A stretch of DNA of 64,000 nt from Candidatus Bathyarchaeota archaeon (GCA_963833575.1 CAWHXY010000006.1:224001-288000); one strand, 5' to 3'; shown: positions 39,482 through 49,177, numbered from the stretch's first letter. Translations and numbers: made by a program. Notes: a model not told the origin generated them from the letters alone.

Positions 39482-42400
39482 TTATGCCTTCTCTTTTAAT
39501 CTTAATTTTGGTGTGATGCAAAGGCTTTGAAGCTCTTGCAGTAGAAGCTTGAAAGCGTAGGATACGATTACTGGTGAAATCTTTGCTTTCTCGTCACATA
39601 TTCTGCAGACATAACGTCTTTGTTTCATGTCAAAGTATGCGATTTGACCACAGTTTTCGCAAATGTAGAGTGTGTATTTGTCTGATTCTTCCAGCAATCG
39701 GTCTCTTAGTAGCATGGCTGCGCCGTGTCCGATTAAGCAGTCTCGTTCCATTTCTCCGAATCTGAGACCCCCACCTCTTGCTCTGCCTTCTGTGGGTTGT
39801 CTTGTTAACATTTGCACTTGTCCTCTGGCTCTGGCATGTATTTTGTCAGCAACCATATGGTGAAGTTTCTGATAGTAAACTACGCCGACGAAAACATCTG
39901 CAACGAATTTCTCACCTGTTGTGCCGTTGTAGAAGACTTCGCCGCCTGTGTGGCTAAAGCCGAGTTTTACTAGACTCTTGCGTATTTCATCGGGTCCTTC
40001 GTTTGAGAATGGCGTTCCATTTGCTGGTCGACCTCTTGCTGATGCTGCTTTTCCTGCGAGTGATTCTATGAATTGACCGATGGTCATTCTTGAGGGGATA
40101 GCGTGTGGGTTGATAATTAGGTCTGGTACGATTCCTTCGTCTGTGAAGGGTAAGTCTTCTTGTGGAACGATTAGGCCTATGACTCCTTTTTGTCCGTGTC
40201 GTGATGCAAATTTGTCTCCGAGTTCTGGAATTCTTTGGTCTCGTACTCGTACTTTTACGAGTTGGCTGCCTTCTCCTGACATTGTGATGAATATTCCGTC
40301 GACGGTTCCTGTTTCTGATGGACGCATGTCTACTGATGTGTCACGCATTGAGGGTCCTTTAACTTCAAATTCTTTGTATTCTTCAAGGAATCTGGGTGGG
40401 CTTATTCTTCCTATTAAGACGTCTCCACCGACTACTTGTGATTCTAAACTGATTATTCCGTCAGGTTCCAGAAGCCTGTAGTATTGTTCGCCTCTATAGC
40501 CTCGGGTTCCTGGTTCTGGGACGGTGAATTTATCTTTTAATCCTCCTAAGTATTGACGGCACTCTGCTTCGTATATTCGGTAGAATGTGGATCTGGCTAA
40601 GCCGCGATCTATGGATGCTTTGTTAAAAATTAAGGCGTCTTCCATGTTGTAGCCTTCGAAGCTTAGTACGGCGACGACGCAGTTTTGTCCGGTAGGACGT
40701 TGTTTGTAACCCATGACTTCCATTAATTCTGTTTCAACCATTGGAACTTGCGGATAATGCAGTATGTGTGAACGTGAATCAACTCGATGGTGGAAGTTGG
40801 TACCATAAACGCCTAGGGCTTGTTTAGCCATGGCCGCTTGGTAAGAGTTACGTGGTGACTGGTTGTGTTCTGGATAGGGAATTGTTGAAGCACAAATGCC
40901 AAGAATTGTGTAAGTGGCTATTTCTACATGGGTGTTTGTTTTTTCAATTTTGTCAAATGTTAAAGCTATGTATGCATTTTCTTCTTCTTCAGCATCTAAA
41001 TATTCGATTAAGCCGTTTTTGACTACGTCTTCCCAAGTCCATTCGCCTAAACCGATTTTCTCGAAGTGTTTTGATTGAAGTTTGGGCTCGCCGTTCTCAA
41101 CGATTATGAGTGGGCGTCTAACTCTGCCTTCGTCACAATTAGCATGTACTTCTTCAGTTTCGGTTTGCATTTTTGAGAAGTAGGTGATGTTTGCTTCTGT
41201 AGAGATTTCTCCAGCTCTTCTTTTCTCTCGGAAAGATTTCACTATGTCCTGTGGGTTGTTGCAGTAGCCAATTATGTTTCCATCAACGAAAACTTTTGCG
41301 CCTGAAATGCGTAATTCACGGCTGGCTTCTCCTGCGGGAACTGAGCCCATTTCAAAAAGTAATTGTTTTACTTTGTCAGGATTTACGCCAACAGCTATTG
41401 ATGCAGACAATGCGAGGTTTTTGACTAAGCCGCAGTTGGAGCCTTCAGGCGTTTCGTTTGGACATAAACGTCCCCAGTGAGTTGGATGTAGGTCTCGGGC
41501 TTCGAAGTTAGGTTGGCTTCTGCTTAATGGCGATTGGAGTCTACGTAGGTGACTTAGAGTTGAAATGTAGTTTGTTCGGTCTAATAGTTGTGTAATGCCA
41601 ACTCTGCCTCTTCCCCAGTTGCCAGTTGCTAATGCATGCTGGAAACGTTCAGTTATGATACCTGGACGAACAGCTGCTGAAACAGTGATTATTGGTCCTT
41701 TAACGCCTATACGTTCAAGCTGATATTTTATGTCTCTTGTTAAGTTTCTAAATGATACACGGAAAAGGTCTGCAAGAAGTGGGCCACCGAGTCGCAGACG
41801 TTTGTTTTTGAAATGGTCTTTGTCATCTGGCTGCCTTCTACCAGTTTTCAGTTGTATAACTCTGTAGGCCATTTCACCTAGGAAAATTGCTTTTTCTTTT
41901 CTGTTGGCTTCACTTCTGCCAAGATGTGGTAAGAAGTTTTTGTCTAGGGCTGTTTCTGCTTTTTGTAAGCGGTATTCTTCAACTTGGCCATGGGCTACAC
42001 GGTTTCCGATGAATAGGATTGCGTCCGAAGGTGTGTCTACGCCGATGGCTTTTTCAAATGACGCGGCAAGTTGGCTTTGCATTTCGCTGTCAAGAGAAAC
42101 TGCTTCTGCAATATCTTTGTCTTTTTCCAGGCTTAAGGCGCGCATGATAACGACGAAGGGGATTTCTGTTGGAACTCCTGGCATGGTGACGTAGATTGCG
42201 TCATCTGACTTGAGTTTAAGTTCAATTCTTGCTCTAAAACCTACGGTTGTTGAGAATATTTTTGCTTGATAAACCGGTGAAGTTCCTTTCTCGTCAATAT
42301 CGACTATTACGCGGTTAGGTGCTAAGTCTTCCATGGCTACGATAACGCGTTCGGAACCGTTAACAACAAAGTAGCCGCCTTGATCGTCTGGATCTTCTCC

Positions 42401-42850
42401 AGCTGCAATGAGCTCTTCTTTTGAGAGCTGGGATAAGAAACATAATTTGGATTTAAGCATGACAGGAATATTGCCGATGTAAACAAGTTCTGTGTCTTGC
42501 TCTCTTCCATCAATAACTGGAGTCATTTCCAGTGCAATAGGAGCCGAATACGCTAAGTTTCTTAGTCGGGCTTCCATTGGGTAAATTTCATGTTTTGTTC
42601 CATCTACCTCAGTGACGTACGGACCTGTAATTCTTGATTGAGGATCAATAACCCAAATTTGTCCAAGTTTCACCTTATAGGGGCTTTCTGGAACTTCAAT
42701 GGGAATTTCAGCGACTTCATCAACAACTTCCTGTAACCCATGGTCAATGAATTCGTTATAGCTGTCAAGGTGCTGCCTTACCAAGCCTTTCTCATTGAAA
42801 AAAGTCTTCAATAAATCATGGATATCTTCTTTTTGGATAATGTTGGTCAA
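39482..42850 (-). CDS. rpoB: RNA polymerase subunit B (unsplit)
   Basis: GDKFASRHGQKG, RFGEMERD, ETPEG, C-terminal Zn ribbon. Confidence 0.98.
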   Translation of the reverse strand: MTNIIQKEDIHDLLKTFFNEKGLVRQHLDSYNEFIDHGLQEVVDEVAEIPIEVPESPYKVKLGQIWVIDPQSRITGPYVTEVDGTKHEIYPMEARLRNLAYSAPIALEMTPVIDGREQDTELVYIGNIPVMLKSKLCFLSQLSKEELIAAGEDPDDQGGYFVVNGSERVIVAMEDLAPNRVIVDIDEKGTSPVYQAKIFSTTVGFRARIELKLKSDDAIYVTMPGVPTEIPFVVIMRALSLEKDKDIAEAVSLDSEMQSQLAASFEKAIGVDTPSDAILFIGNRVAHGQVEEYRLQKAETALDKNFLPHLGRSEANRKEKAIFLGEMAYRVIQLKTGRRQPDDKDHFKNKRLRLGGPLLADLFRVSFRNLTRDIKYQLERIGVKGPIITVSAAVRPGIITERFQHALATGNWGRGRVGITQLLDRTNYISTLSHLRRLQSPLSRSQPNFEARDLHPTHWGRLCPNETPEGSNCGLVKNLALSASIAVGVNPDKVKQLLFEMGSVPAGEASRELRISGAKVFVDGNIIGYCNNPQDIVKSFREKRRAGEISTEANITYFSKMQTETEEVHANCDEGRVRRPLIIVENGEPKLQSKHFEKIGLGEWTWEDVVKNGLIEYLDAEEEENAYIALTFDKIEKTNTHVEIATYTILGICASTIPYPEHNQSPRNSYQAAMAKQALGVYGTNFHHRVDSRSHILHYPQVPMVETELMEVMGYKQRPTGQNCVVAVLSFEGYNMEDALIFNKASIDRGLARSTFYRIYEAECRQYLGGLKDKFTVPEPGTRGYRGEQYYRLLEPDGIISLESQVVGGDVLIGRISPPRFLEEYKEFEVKGPSMRDTSVDMRPSETGTVDGIFITMSGEGSQLVKVRVRDQRIPELGDKFASRHGQKGVIGLIVPQEDLPFTDEGIVPDLIINPHAIPSRMTIGQFIESLAGKAASARGRPANGTPFSNEGPDEIRKSLVKLGFSHTGGEVFYNGTTGEKFVADVFVGVVYYQKLHHMVADKIHARARGQVQMLTRQPTEGRARGGGLRFGEMERDCLIGHGAAMLLRDRLLEESDKYTLYICENCGQIAYFDMKQRRYVCRICDEKAKISPVIVSYAFKLLLQELQSLCITPKLRLKEKA

Positions 42851-43302
42851 TTTTTCAGTTCTCCATAAATTTTATTATCTTGTAAATTTGTTAGCATTTT
42901 CAAACTTCCATCTCCTTCAATAATGGGATCATCCAATTTGAAAAAGGGTTGAGTTAACTTTTCTAAGAGCACAACAAACAGCTACATAGCCCACATATAA
43001 ACTTTTTTATGCATATCCACCCTAAATGGAAGGTCGCCTAAACTTTCCTAGAAGCAAAGCATCAAAAAAACTTTGCGTTGTTGCCGTTGCAGAGAGCAAA
43101 ACCTAAAACAACTCACAAAATCAGCTGTAACGAGCAAATGACAGAGGTACTTAATTTGTGCAGGTGAAGTAATGTGAGAAAACGTTTTTTGCTTAGTGGA
43201 ACTCGTTGAATTGTTTTTAGAAGAAGAACAACAACACGGAAATTGCTATTTTTTGAACAGTTTGTTTTAGATTGCTTTTTTGTGGCAAAGCTTAAATCAG
43301 TT

Positions 43303-43395
43303 GTAGGTTGCGTACAAAGAAGTACATCTAAGTATGCGGAAGTACACGCAAGTACTCGACGAGTATGAGCACGTACACCTGAGTACACTCGTGTA
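43303..43395 (+). repeat. Array of ten GTA(C/T)-centred units at ~10-bp period between TATA box and start codon
   Basis: GTA at 43303, 43312, 43322, 43332, 43342, 43352, 43363, 43373, 43383, 43393. Confidence 0.8.
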
Positions 43396-43416
43396 AGACT
43401 AAAAGGAGAAGTTAGA

Positions 43417-43695
43417 ATGCCACTAAATCAAAGCGTTACCTTCAAAACGAGGCTACAGAAACAAAATCGATTACAGATCCCTAAACTAATAAGATTGAAA
43501 TATACACTAGAATCATCTGAGATCTTAAAAGTCAAAGTAACAATCTTTATCGGCTATGCAAAAAGCGAAAATTTTTTCACCAAAATGTATGAAAGTGGAC
43601 GCATACGCATTCCAGATTTGGTAATGGCCTTGCTGGAAAATGACAAGAGAAACCTAGTAGGATACCCAATAGAAGTTACAATTGAACCAGCATAA
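43417..43695 (+). CDS. Tandem AbrB/SpoVT-like (swapped-hairpin) DNA-binding protein
   Basis: Two repeats FKTRLQKQNRLQIPKLIR and FFTKMYESGRIRIPDLVM; AGGAG SD. Confidence 0.7.
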   Translation: MPLNQSVTFKTRLQKQNRLQIPKLIRLKYTLESSEILKVKVTIFIGYAKSENFFTKMYESGRIRIPDLVMALLENDKRNLVGYPIEVTIEPA

Positions 43696-43729
43696 TCATC
43701 AAACATTTGGATAATTTGATATTAACTAA

Positions 43730-44041
43730 CTAATACCTAACGACTTTGTAACGACATCTCAATTGGCGCTTCCTCTTTTCCTGCGCCTCAGATAACGGCG
43801 AGTTACCCGTCTTCACTTCATAAACTGTGGGCTCGCCAACTTTATTTCCGAAAAAATCCCGTTTCTGAACAACAAAATCGCCGCCCTCACGAATTTTCGT
43901 GCAATCATGCCCTTGCATAGTCTGATCAAACGCAAAACGATCCTTAGCAATATTGCCTTTTGCACGTTTACCTGATAAGTTGAACCTTTTTGAAACATTT
44001 CCCAATTTTAAGGGATCGTCGCTTGAATTTCTTTTACCCAA
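43730..44041 (-). CDS. Minimal PD-(D/E)xK nuclease-fold protein
   Basis: GGDFVV...YEVKTGNSPLSEAQ, resembling Hjc/VRR-NUC catalytic motifs. Confidence 0.65.
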   Translation of the reverse strand: MGKRNSSDDPLKLGNVSKRFNLSGKRAKGNIAKDRFAFDQTMQGHDCTKIREGGDFVVQKRDFFGNKVGEPTVYEVKTGNSPLSEAQEKRKRQLRCRYKVVRY

Positions 44042-44147
44042 CTATCGTAACCTTCTGCAATGTAAAGTTAAGTTGTAATTAAAAATTTGCCAAATACTTA
44101 ACGCTTTACAAGATATTACTTCGACGATAACTTCATTTCAATGTTTT

Positions 44148-45029
44148 TTAACGTTTGATTATTTTCAGACCTGCTGTCTTGTTTTTCCCTATTTTTTTAC
44201 TTATGATCGGTAAAAGGTTTTGGTCTGCTTCATACCCGATGCTATTGCGCTCATTCTGTAAAGCCATTTTTGCTGTTGTTCCTGAGCCTAGAAAAGGGTC
44301 TAGTACTGTTTCGCCTTTAACGCTAAACATTTTGATTAGTCGCTCAGCGATTTCTTCAGGGTAAGCGGCTGTTCTTCTCTCTAGTTCACTTGTGGTTTGG
44401 CGGGTTCCTTTCAAAGACCAGATTTGGCTAAACCATTCATCCCGCTCAACCTTTTTAAATGCGCTTTCGTATCGGAGTTTATCTTTAGGCGGAAACTTTC
44501 GAAGATTCCCCTTCCTAAACAACAAGATAAACTCGCAGTCCAACGTGACGTAAGCGTTCGGCGGAAGAAAACCTGAACCCAAAAAGGCGCCTTTGCCTTT
44601 GTATTTTGGTTTGGTTGTTGGTTTTTTCCATAAAATATAGGGTAAAGTGGTGAAACCGATTTTTTCGCAAATTTCAGTTATTCTTGAGTGATTAGGATAA
44701 AGCTGGAATCTACCGTTAACTGTTCGTGTTGCGTCACCAATATTTATGCAAGCTATTCCGCCGTCAACGAGAACGCGATATGTTTCTTGCCAAACTTTGC
44801 TGAGATAATCGTGCATGCCATAGTAGATTTGCCTGATTGTTTCTTCATTGCCGTCTGTTTCCAACTTCTCACGAAGTTTTTTGATTTTTGGGTCGGCATC
44901 GGCGAAAAGATGATCCCACATTTTTATCATGGGATACGGAGGCGAAGTAACCATCAATTGCACACTTCCATCTTGGAGTTCGAGCATTTGCTGGCTATTA
45001 CCAAAGATTATTTTGTGCTCCGTATGCAT
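44148..45029 (-). CDS. DNA amino-methyltransferase (N4C/N6A, beta class)
   Basis: TSPPY near the N-terminus; VLDPFLGSGTT near the C-terminus. Confidence 0.9.
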   Translation of the reverse strand: MHTEHKIIFGNSQQMLELQDGSVQLMVTSPPYPMIKMWDHLFADADPKIKKLREKLETDGNEETIRQIYYGMHDYLSKVWQETYRVLVDGGIACINIGDATRTVNGRFQLYPNHSRITEICEKIGFTTLPYILWKKPTTKPKYKGKGAFLGSGFLPPNAYVTLDCEFILLFRKGNLRKFPPKDKLRYESAFKKVERDEWFSQIWSLKGTRQTTSELERRTAAYPEEIAERLIKMFSVKGETVLDPFLGSGTTAKMALQNERNSIGYEADQNLLPIISKKIGKNKTAGLKIIKR

Positions 45030-45150
45030 GAGTATTCCCTATTGTATCGTTGATGCAGCGCTTTTACTTTTGCGGTGCTCGCAAGCGAAAAAATGAGTTA
45101 ATTGAGCAAACCCAAAATACCCCAACGAGTTTAAGCCTTAGGCGAAAACC

Positions 45151-46938
45151 ATGACCAACAAGGAACAGGAAATTACGTGGGACTTGACCGCGCTCTATCC
45201 CAGCATTAACGACCCATTGATTGAAAAAGCAATTAACGAAACAAAAACTTTCGCAGACACTTTCGAAAGTGCGTACCGAGGAAAAATATCCACCCTTGAC
45301 CCAACGAAACTGTTACAGTGTCTTCGTGAACTTGAATCTTTCTACGTTAAAACAGGAGACTTTTCGCTTTTTGCAAGCTTATCTTTTTCAGCTAACATGA
45401 CGTTGCCTGAAGTGCAGGCACTTTATGATAGAGTTAGCAAGCTTGAGGCACAGCTTGGGAAACAGTTGGCGTTCTTTTCGCTGGAGCTAGGTTCTCTTGT
45501 TAAAGCTAAACCCCAGGTGATTGCGGAACCCGTCTTAGCGAATTATCGACATATGCTAGAGCGTGTTCAGCGGCGCGTGCCTCATCAGTTGACTGAGGTA
45601 GAGGAGCAGCTTGTTATTGAGAAGGATCAGTTTGGCGTGCAGGCTTGGGAGGAATTGCAGAGCAAATGGCTCAACACCCGCATGTTTGAAGTTATGGTTT
45701 TGGGCGAAAAAAAGACGCTTAACTACGGCGAAGCCAATGGACTCCTACCTCACCCCGACCGTGCAACACGGGAATCGGCGAACCGCGTAATTTACGGCTT
45801 ACTTGGCAAAGACGGCGAAATTTTCTCTTCAGCCCTACGCAGCATCTGCAACGACTGGGTCACCATTTCTCAACGTAGAAAATACGCGTCGCCCATGGAG
45901 TCAAGCCTCATGAATAATGATACGGAAGAGGCAATTGTGGAAAATTTACTTCATGCCATTGAAGAAAAAGCGGGCTCTTACCGCCGCTACCTCAAATTAA
46001 AAGCCAAACTCATGGGTCTGCCTATCCTGGGGAACCATGACATCGTCGCGCCCCTCCCCGATATGCCTGAGAGAAAGTTTACGTTTGCAGAAGCCCAAAC
46101 CCTGGTTATAAGAGCATATAGCCGTTTTGACTCAGAATATGCAAATTCGGTGAAAGAAATGTTTGAAAAACGGCGAATTGACGCGAACCCGCGGTTTGGG
46201 AAACGTAACGGTGCGTTTTGCGCAAGCTGGTATCGGGGAAAATCGGCATTTATCCTTGACAACTTCAACGGCACATTGAACGATGTTTATACTTTAGCTC
46301 ATGAGTTGGGGCATGCTACCCATGATTATTACATGTCCCGGAGTCAAACCCTCATGAATACAAGCGTGCCATCCACAGTTGCGGAAACCGCATCAATTTT
46401 CGGCGAATTGCTTTTAACAGATTTGCTTCTCAGCGAAACAAAAACGGATAAAGAACAAAAAGCAATTCTGTCCATGGTTCTTGATGAAGCAGGAATGACA
46501 ACGTTCCAAGTTACCGCCCGCGTCTGGTTCGAACAAGCACTCTACAAGTCAATCCAGCAGGGCGAATACCTCGATTATAAAACCATTTGCAGCCACTGGA
46601 CCAAATCACGCGACCGCATCTACAGCGACTCAGTCACATGGTTCCCCGAAATGGAAGCCGAATGGACAATGAAACCCCACTATTACATGGCAAACTACCG
46701 CTTCTACAACTACCCCTACGTCTACGCCCAAATGTTCGTCTACACCCTCTACGAACGATACTTAGAAGAGGGCAAAGCCTTTGTGCCTAAACTTGTGAAG
46801 GCGTTGTCGGCAGGCAGCAGCATCTCGCCGTTGGAAATCGGCAAAATTGTTGGGTTAAACGTTGAAGACCCAAACTTTTGGAGGGGCGGCTTGAAAGTGT
46901 TTGAGGGCTTCATCGCTGATCTCGAGAAAATCATCTAA
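45151..46938 (+). CDS. M3 family oligoendopeptidase (PepF-like)
   Basis: WDLTALY, GKRNGAFC, HELGH, AETASIFGE, FYNYPY. Confidence 0.92.
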   Translation: MTNKEQEITWDLTALYPSINDPLIEKAINETKTFADTFESAYRGKISTLDPTKLLQCLRELESFYVKTGDFSLFASLSFSANMTLPEVQALYDRVSKLEAQLGKQLAFFSLELGSLVKAKPQVIAEPVLANYRHMLERVQRRVPHQLTEVEEQLVIEKDQFGVQAWEELQSKWLNTRMFEVMVLGEKKTLNYGEANGLLPHPDRATRESANRVIYGLLGKDGEIFSSALRSICNDWVTISQRRKYASPMESSLMNNDTEEAIVENLLHAIEEKAGSYRRYLKLKAKLMGLPILGNHDIVAPLPDMPERKFTFAEAQTLVIRAYSRFDSEYANSVKEMFEKRRIDANPRFGKRNGAFCASWYRGKSAFILDNFNGTLNDVYTLAHELGHATHDYYMSRSQTLMNTSVPSTVAETASIFGELLLTDLLLSETKTDKEQKAILSMVLDEAGMTTFQVTARVWFEQALYKSIQQGEYLDYKTICSHWTKSRDRIYSDSVTWFPEMEAEWTMKPHYYMANYRFYNYPYVYAQMFVYTLYERYLEEGKAFVPKLVKALSAGSSISPLEIGKIVGLNVEDPNFWRGGLKVFEGFIADLEKII

Positions 46939-47004
46939 GCACAACAATGAAGGGCAAATGATTAATAAGAAAGAAAACGGAAAGTCCTTAGCCGAAAAGC
47001 GTGT

Positions 47005-47154
47005 GCTGAGGTAACCAAGCCAGGTCAAAGGTGAAAGAATACGCGCGTGCGTGTTCCACTAAGGACTCAAGATCAAACATTTGGCCGGCAAAGGCCTCGA
47101 TGGGAAATCCTTTCCCGCAGGGGTTCGCAGGTTCGAATCCTGCCCTCAGCACCA
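47005..47154 (+). tRNA. tRNA-Leu(CAA) with two BHB introns (47036-47062 at 28/29; 47072-47106 at 37/38), CCA encoded
   Basis: Acceptor GCTGAGG/CCTCAGC, anticodon stem AAGGA/TCCTT, anticodon CAA 47068-47070, long variable arm, GGTTCGAATCC. Confidence 0.92.
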
Positions 47155-47219
47155 ACACGATCCAGAATCTTCATAGGAAAATTTTAGTAAGTCTAACCCT
47201 TTAAAAGATAATCATTCAC

Positions 47220-47471
47220 TTGGTGGCTCAGTTGGTCAAAACAGTCTTGACAGAGCAGGATAAGAGAGAACTCAAAATCGTAGCCTCGGAACTCATTGAA
47301 ATCCGCAAGCTCGTCGATAAACTTGCCGAAACCTTAGTAAACCTAACCGACAAAGAACTATTGAAGTTTTTAAATGCAAGCCAAGATGACCTTAAAGAAA
47401 AACAAGTAGATAGATACAGAGAAACACTGGAAAGACAACTGGATATCGCTGAAAAAGAATTTCGATTATGA
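47220..47471 (+). CDS. Antitoxin-like small protein (RelB/YefM-type C-terminal motif), no adjacent toxin
   Basis: ETLVNLTDKELLKFLNASQDDLK resembles the ETLxIL.D..L...I..S..D motif. Confidence 0.45.
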   Translation: MVAQLVKTVLTEQDKRELKIVASELIEIRKLVDKLAETLVNLTDKELLKFLNASQDDLKEKQVDRYRETLERQLDIAEKEFRL

Positions 47472-47476
47472 ATTTA

Positions 47477-47543
47477 ACTCGAGACCCCGAATGGAATATC
47501 CTTTCTTGCAAGGGTTCGCAGGTTCGAATCCTGCCCGCAGCAC
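47477..47543 (+). repeat. Degenerate tRNA-Leu 3' half (att-like direct repeat)
   Basis: 47498-47543 matches 47107-47152 at 42/46 nt with a 25-nt perfect core; preceded by ACTCGAGA and a short intron-like segment. Confidence 0.8.
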
Positions 47544-47808
47544 TTTTAACCTTATTCGAAACTTATTTTGCCATATTAATAACAAAATATGAGTATTTTC
47601 CGAAAGAAAATCTTTATTTTTAACTCTCCAGTAAGGCGCGACTAACACTTGTTCTGAAATGAGCCCGGCAACGACTCAAACAACTTCAGGGTCAAATCCA
47701 ATCAAAATTTTTAATGATATTTGCCATTAGAAAAAGAGAAAAAATAGCATGATGGAATTCAGGTAGCTTTAAAAGTATTGAGAAACCGTTCTTAAAGGTT
47801 GACAGTTC

Positions 47809-49068
47809 ATGAGTCTAGAAAATCACGATACCCCGTATGATAAACTCGAACATTGGCCTCCAATGACTTACAGAAACCATCCTATCGTCAGTTCTGAGCT
47901 AAACAAAGCCTTCATGGACTTTCTTGAGACAGAAAACGCGTCCAAACATAATATGGAATTGCAGCCATGGATTCCATTCTGTGACGGTAAATGCACATTC
48001 TGCTATTTTCCTGTAAATTGCGAGAAGCAAAATGTCGATTTATACCTTGAAGCATTAAAGAAAGCGTTAAGCTTCTACGCGAAAAGTCCTTATGTTAAAT
48101 CAAGTACGTTTAGCGAGTTTTACATAGGCGGAGGAAGCCCATCAGTTCTCACCAAAAACCAAATAGAGGCAATTCTCCGATTTTGCAGAGAAACGTTTGC
48201 CTTCACTTCAAACGCCACAACGAAGTTTACCGCGTGTACCAATAATCTTACAGAAGAAAAAATCCGGTTGTTTTCTTCAAATGCAATTGACCAATTAGAT
48301 ATAGGGATCCAAACCTTTGACGAGGGTCTTCGAAAAGTTCTCATGCTTCGTGATAGTAACACTAAGGCGAAGCAAAAACTCAAAGAAGTCAAGCGACACG
48401 GATTGCAGGTTAGTATCGACCTACTTTATAACTTGCCTGGGCAGTCATTGGAACAATGGAGAGAGGACCTAAAACAATCGGTTGAACTAGACTTGGAAAG
48501 CGTTGACTGCTATCCATTAGAGTTATACCCAGACACGCCACTTTCAAACATGATTGCCAAAGGCGAACTGCCTCCAGCAAATGGCGATGCCAAAGAACTA
48601 GAAATGTACCTTGAAGCTTACCGCTTCTTTAAGGAAAACGGCTACGCACCCACATGCCATAACAGATTTTCAAGGCTGAAGGAAGACTTTGATAAACCCT
48701 CTTCGGAAGTAATCGGGACAGGCGCCGGGTTTTTCATGGGACGTTTAGGAAGCTACCTATATTCAGATATCGAAAAAGTAGAAGAATACATTGCCAGTGT
48801 CCAAGATGGAAAGTTGCCCATCGCAAAGCTCACTAAGCTTTCCAAGGAAGATGAAATGAGAACGGCTATGATGCTGATTTATGTTCGTGTTCCAGTTGAT
48901 AGAAAAGAATTCAAAGCTCAATTCGGAAAGTTTCCTGAAGAAGCATTTCCAGAAGCGATTGATAAACTGCAACGCAATGGGCTAATCAAAGTCGAAGATG
49001 GCAAAATAAGACTAACTGAAAAAGGCGACCCATGGAGATTCAATATAGCATGGGAGTTCTTCAAGTAG
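47809..49068 (+). CDS. HemN/HemW-like radical SAM protein
   Basis: IPFCDGKCTFC, YIGGGSPS, GIQTFD, DLLYNLPGQ, HemN C-terminal domain. Confidence 0.85.
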   Translation: MSLENHDTPYDKLEHWPPMTYRNHPIVSSELNKAFMDFLETENASKHNMELQPWIPFCDGKCTFCYFPVNCEKQNVDLYLEALKKALSFYAKSPYVKSSTFSEFYIGGGSPSVLTKNQIEAILRFCRETFAFTSNATTKFTACTNNLTEEKIRLFSSNAIDQLDIGIQTFDEGLRKVLMLRDSNTKAKQKLKEVKRHGLQVSIDLLYNLPGQSLEQWREDLKQSVELDLESVDCYPLELYPDTPLSNMIAKGELPPANGDAKELEMYLEAYRFFKENGYAPTCHNRFSRLKEDFDKPSSEVIGTGAGFFMGRLGSYLYSDIEKVEEYIASVQDGKLPIAKLTKLSKEDEMRTAMMLIYVRVPVDRKEFKAQFGKFPEEAFPEAIDKLQRNGLIKVEDGKIRLTEKGDPWRFNIAWEFFK

Positions 49069-49159
49069 AGATCCAGTGGCTGAAATTGCTAACTTGAAAC
49101 CAAACGTTCTTGCCGCTTCGCCGAAAGTAGGTACTAAAACCGTTAACCTTATATTGAAA

Positions 49160-49177
49160 ATGTATCTATATCGACAT
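49160..49177 (+). promoter_or_regulatory. Putative PadR operator ATGT-N10-ACAT
   Basis: ATGTatctatatcgACAT lies between the TATA-like CTTATAT (49148-49154) and the padR start; matches the PadR/LmrR-type inverted repeat. Confidence 0.5.

Noticed and set aside
35513-42194. Numerous 60-130-aa plus-strand ORFs inside rpoA/rpoB, and similar antisense ORFs elsewhere
   Set aside because: Antisense shadows of conserved genes with no motifs
43113-43388. 91-aa minus-strand ORF across the GTA array
   Set aside because: No recognisable motif; the 10-bp period is not a multiple of three, which points to a DNA-level function
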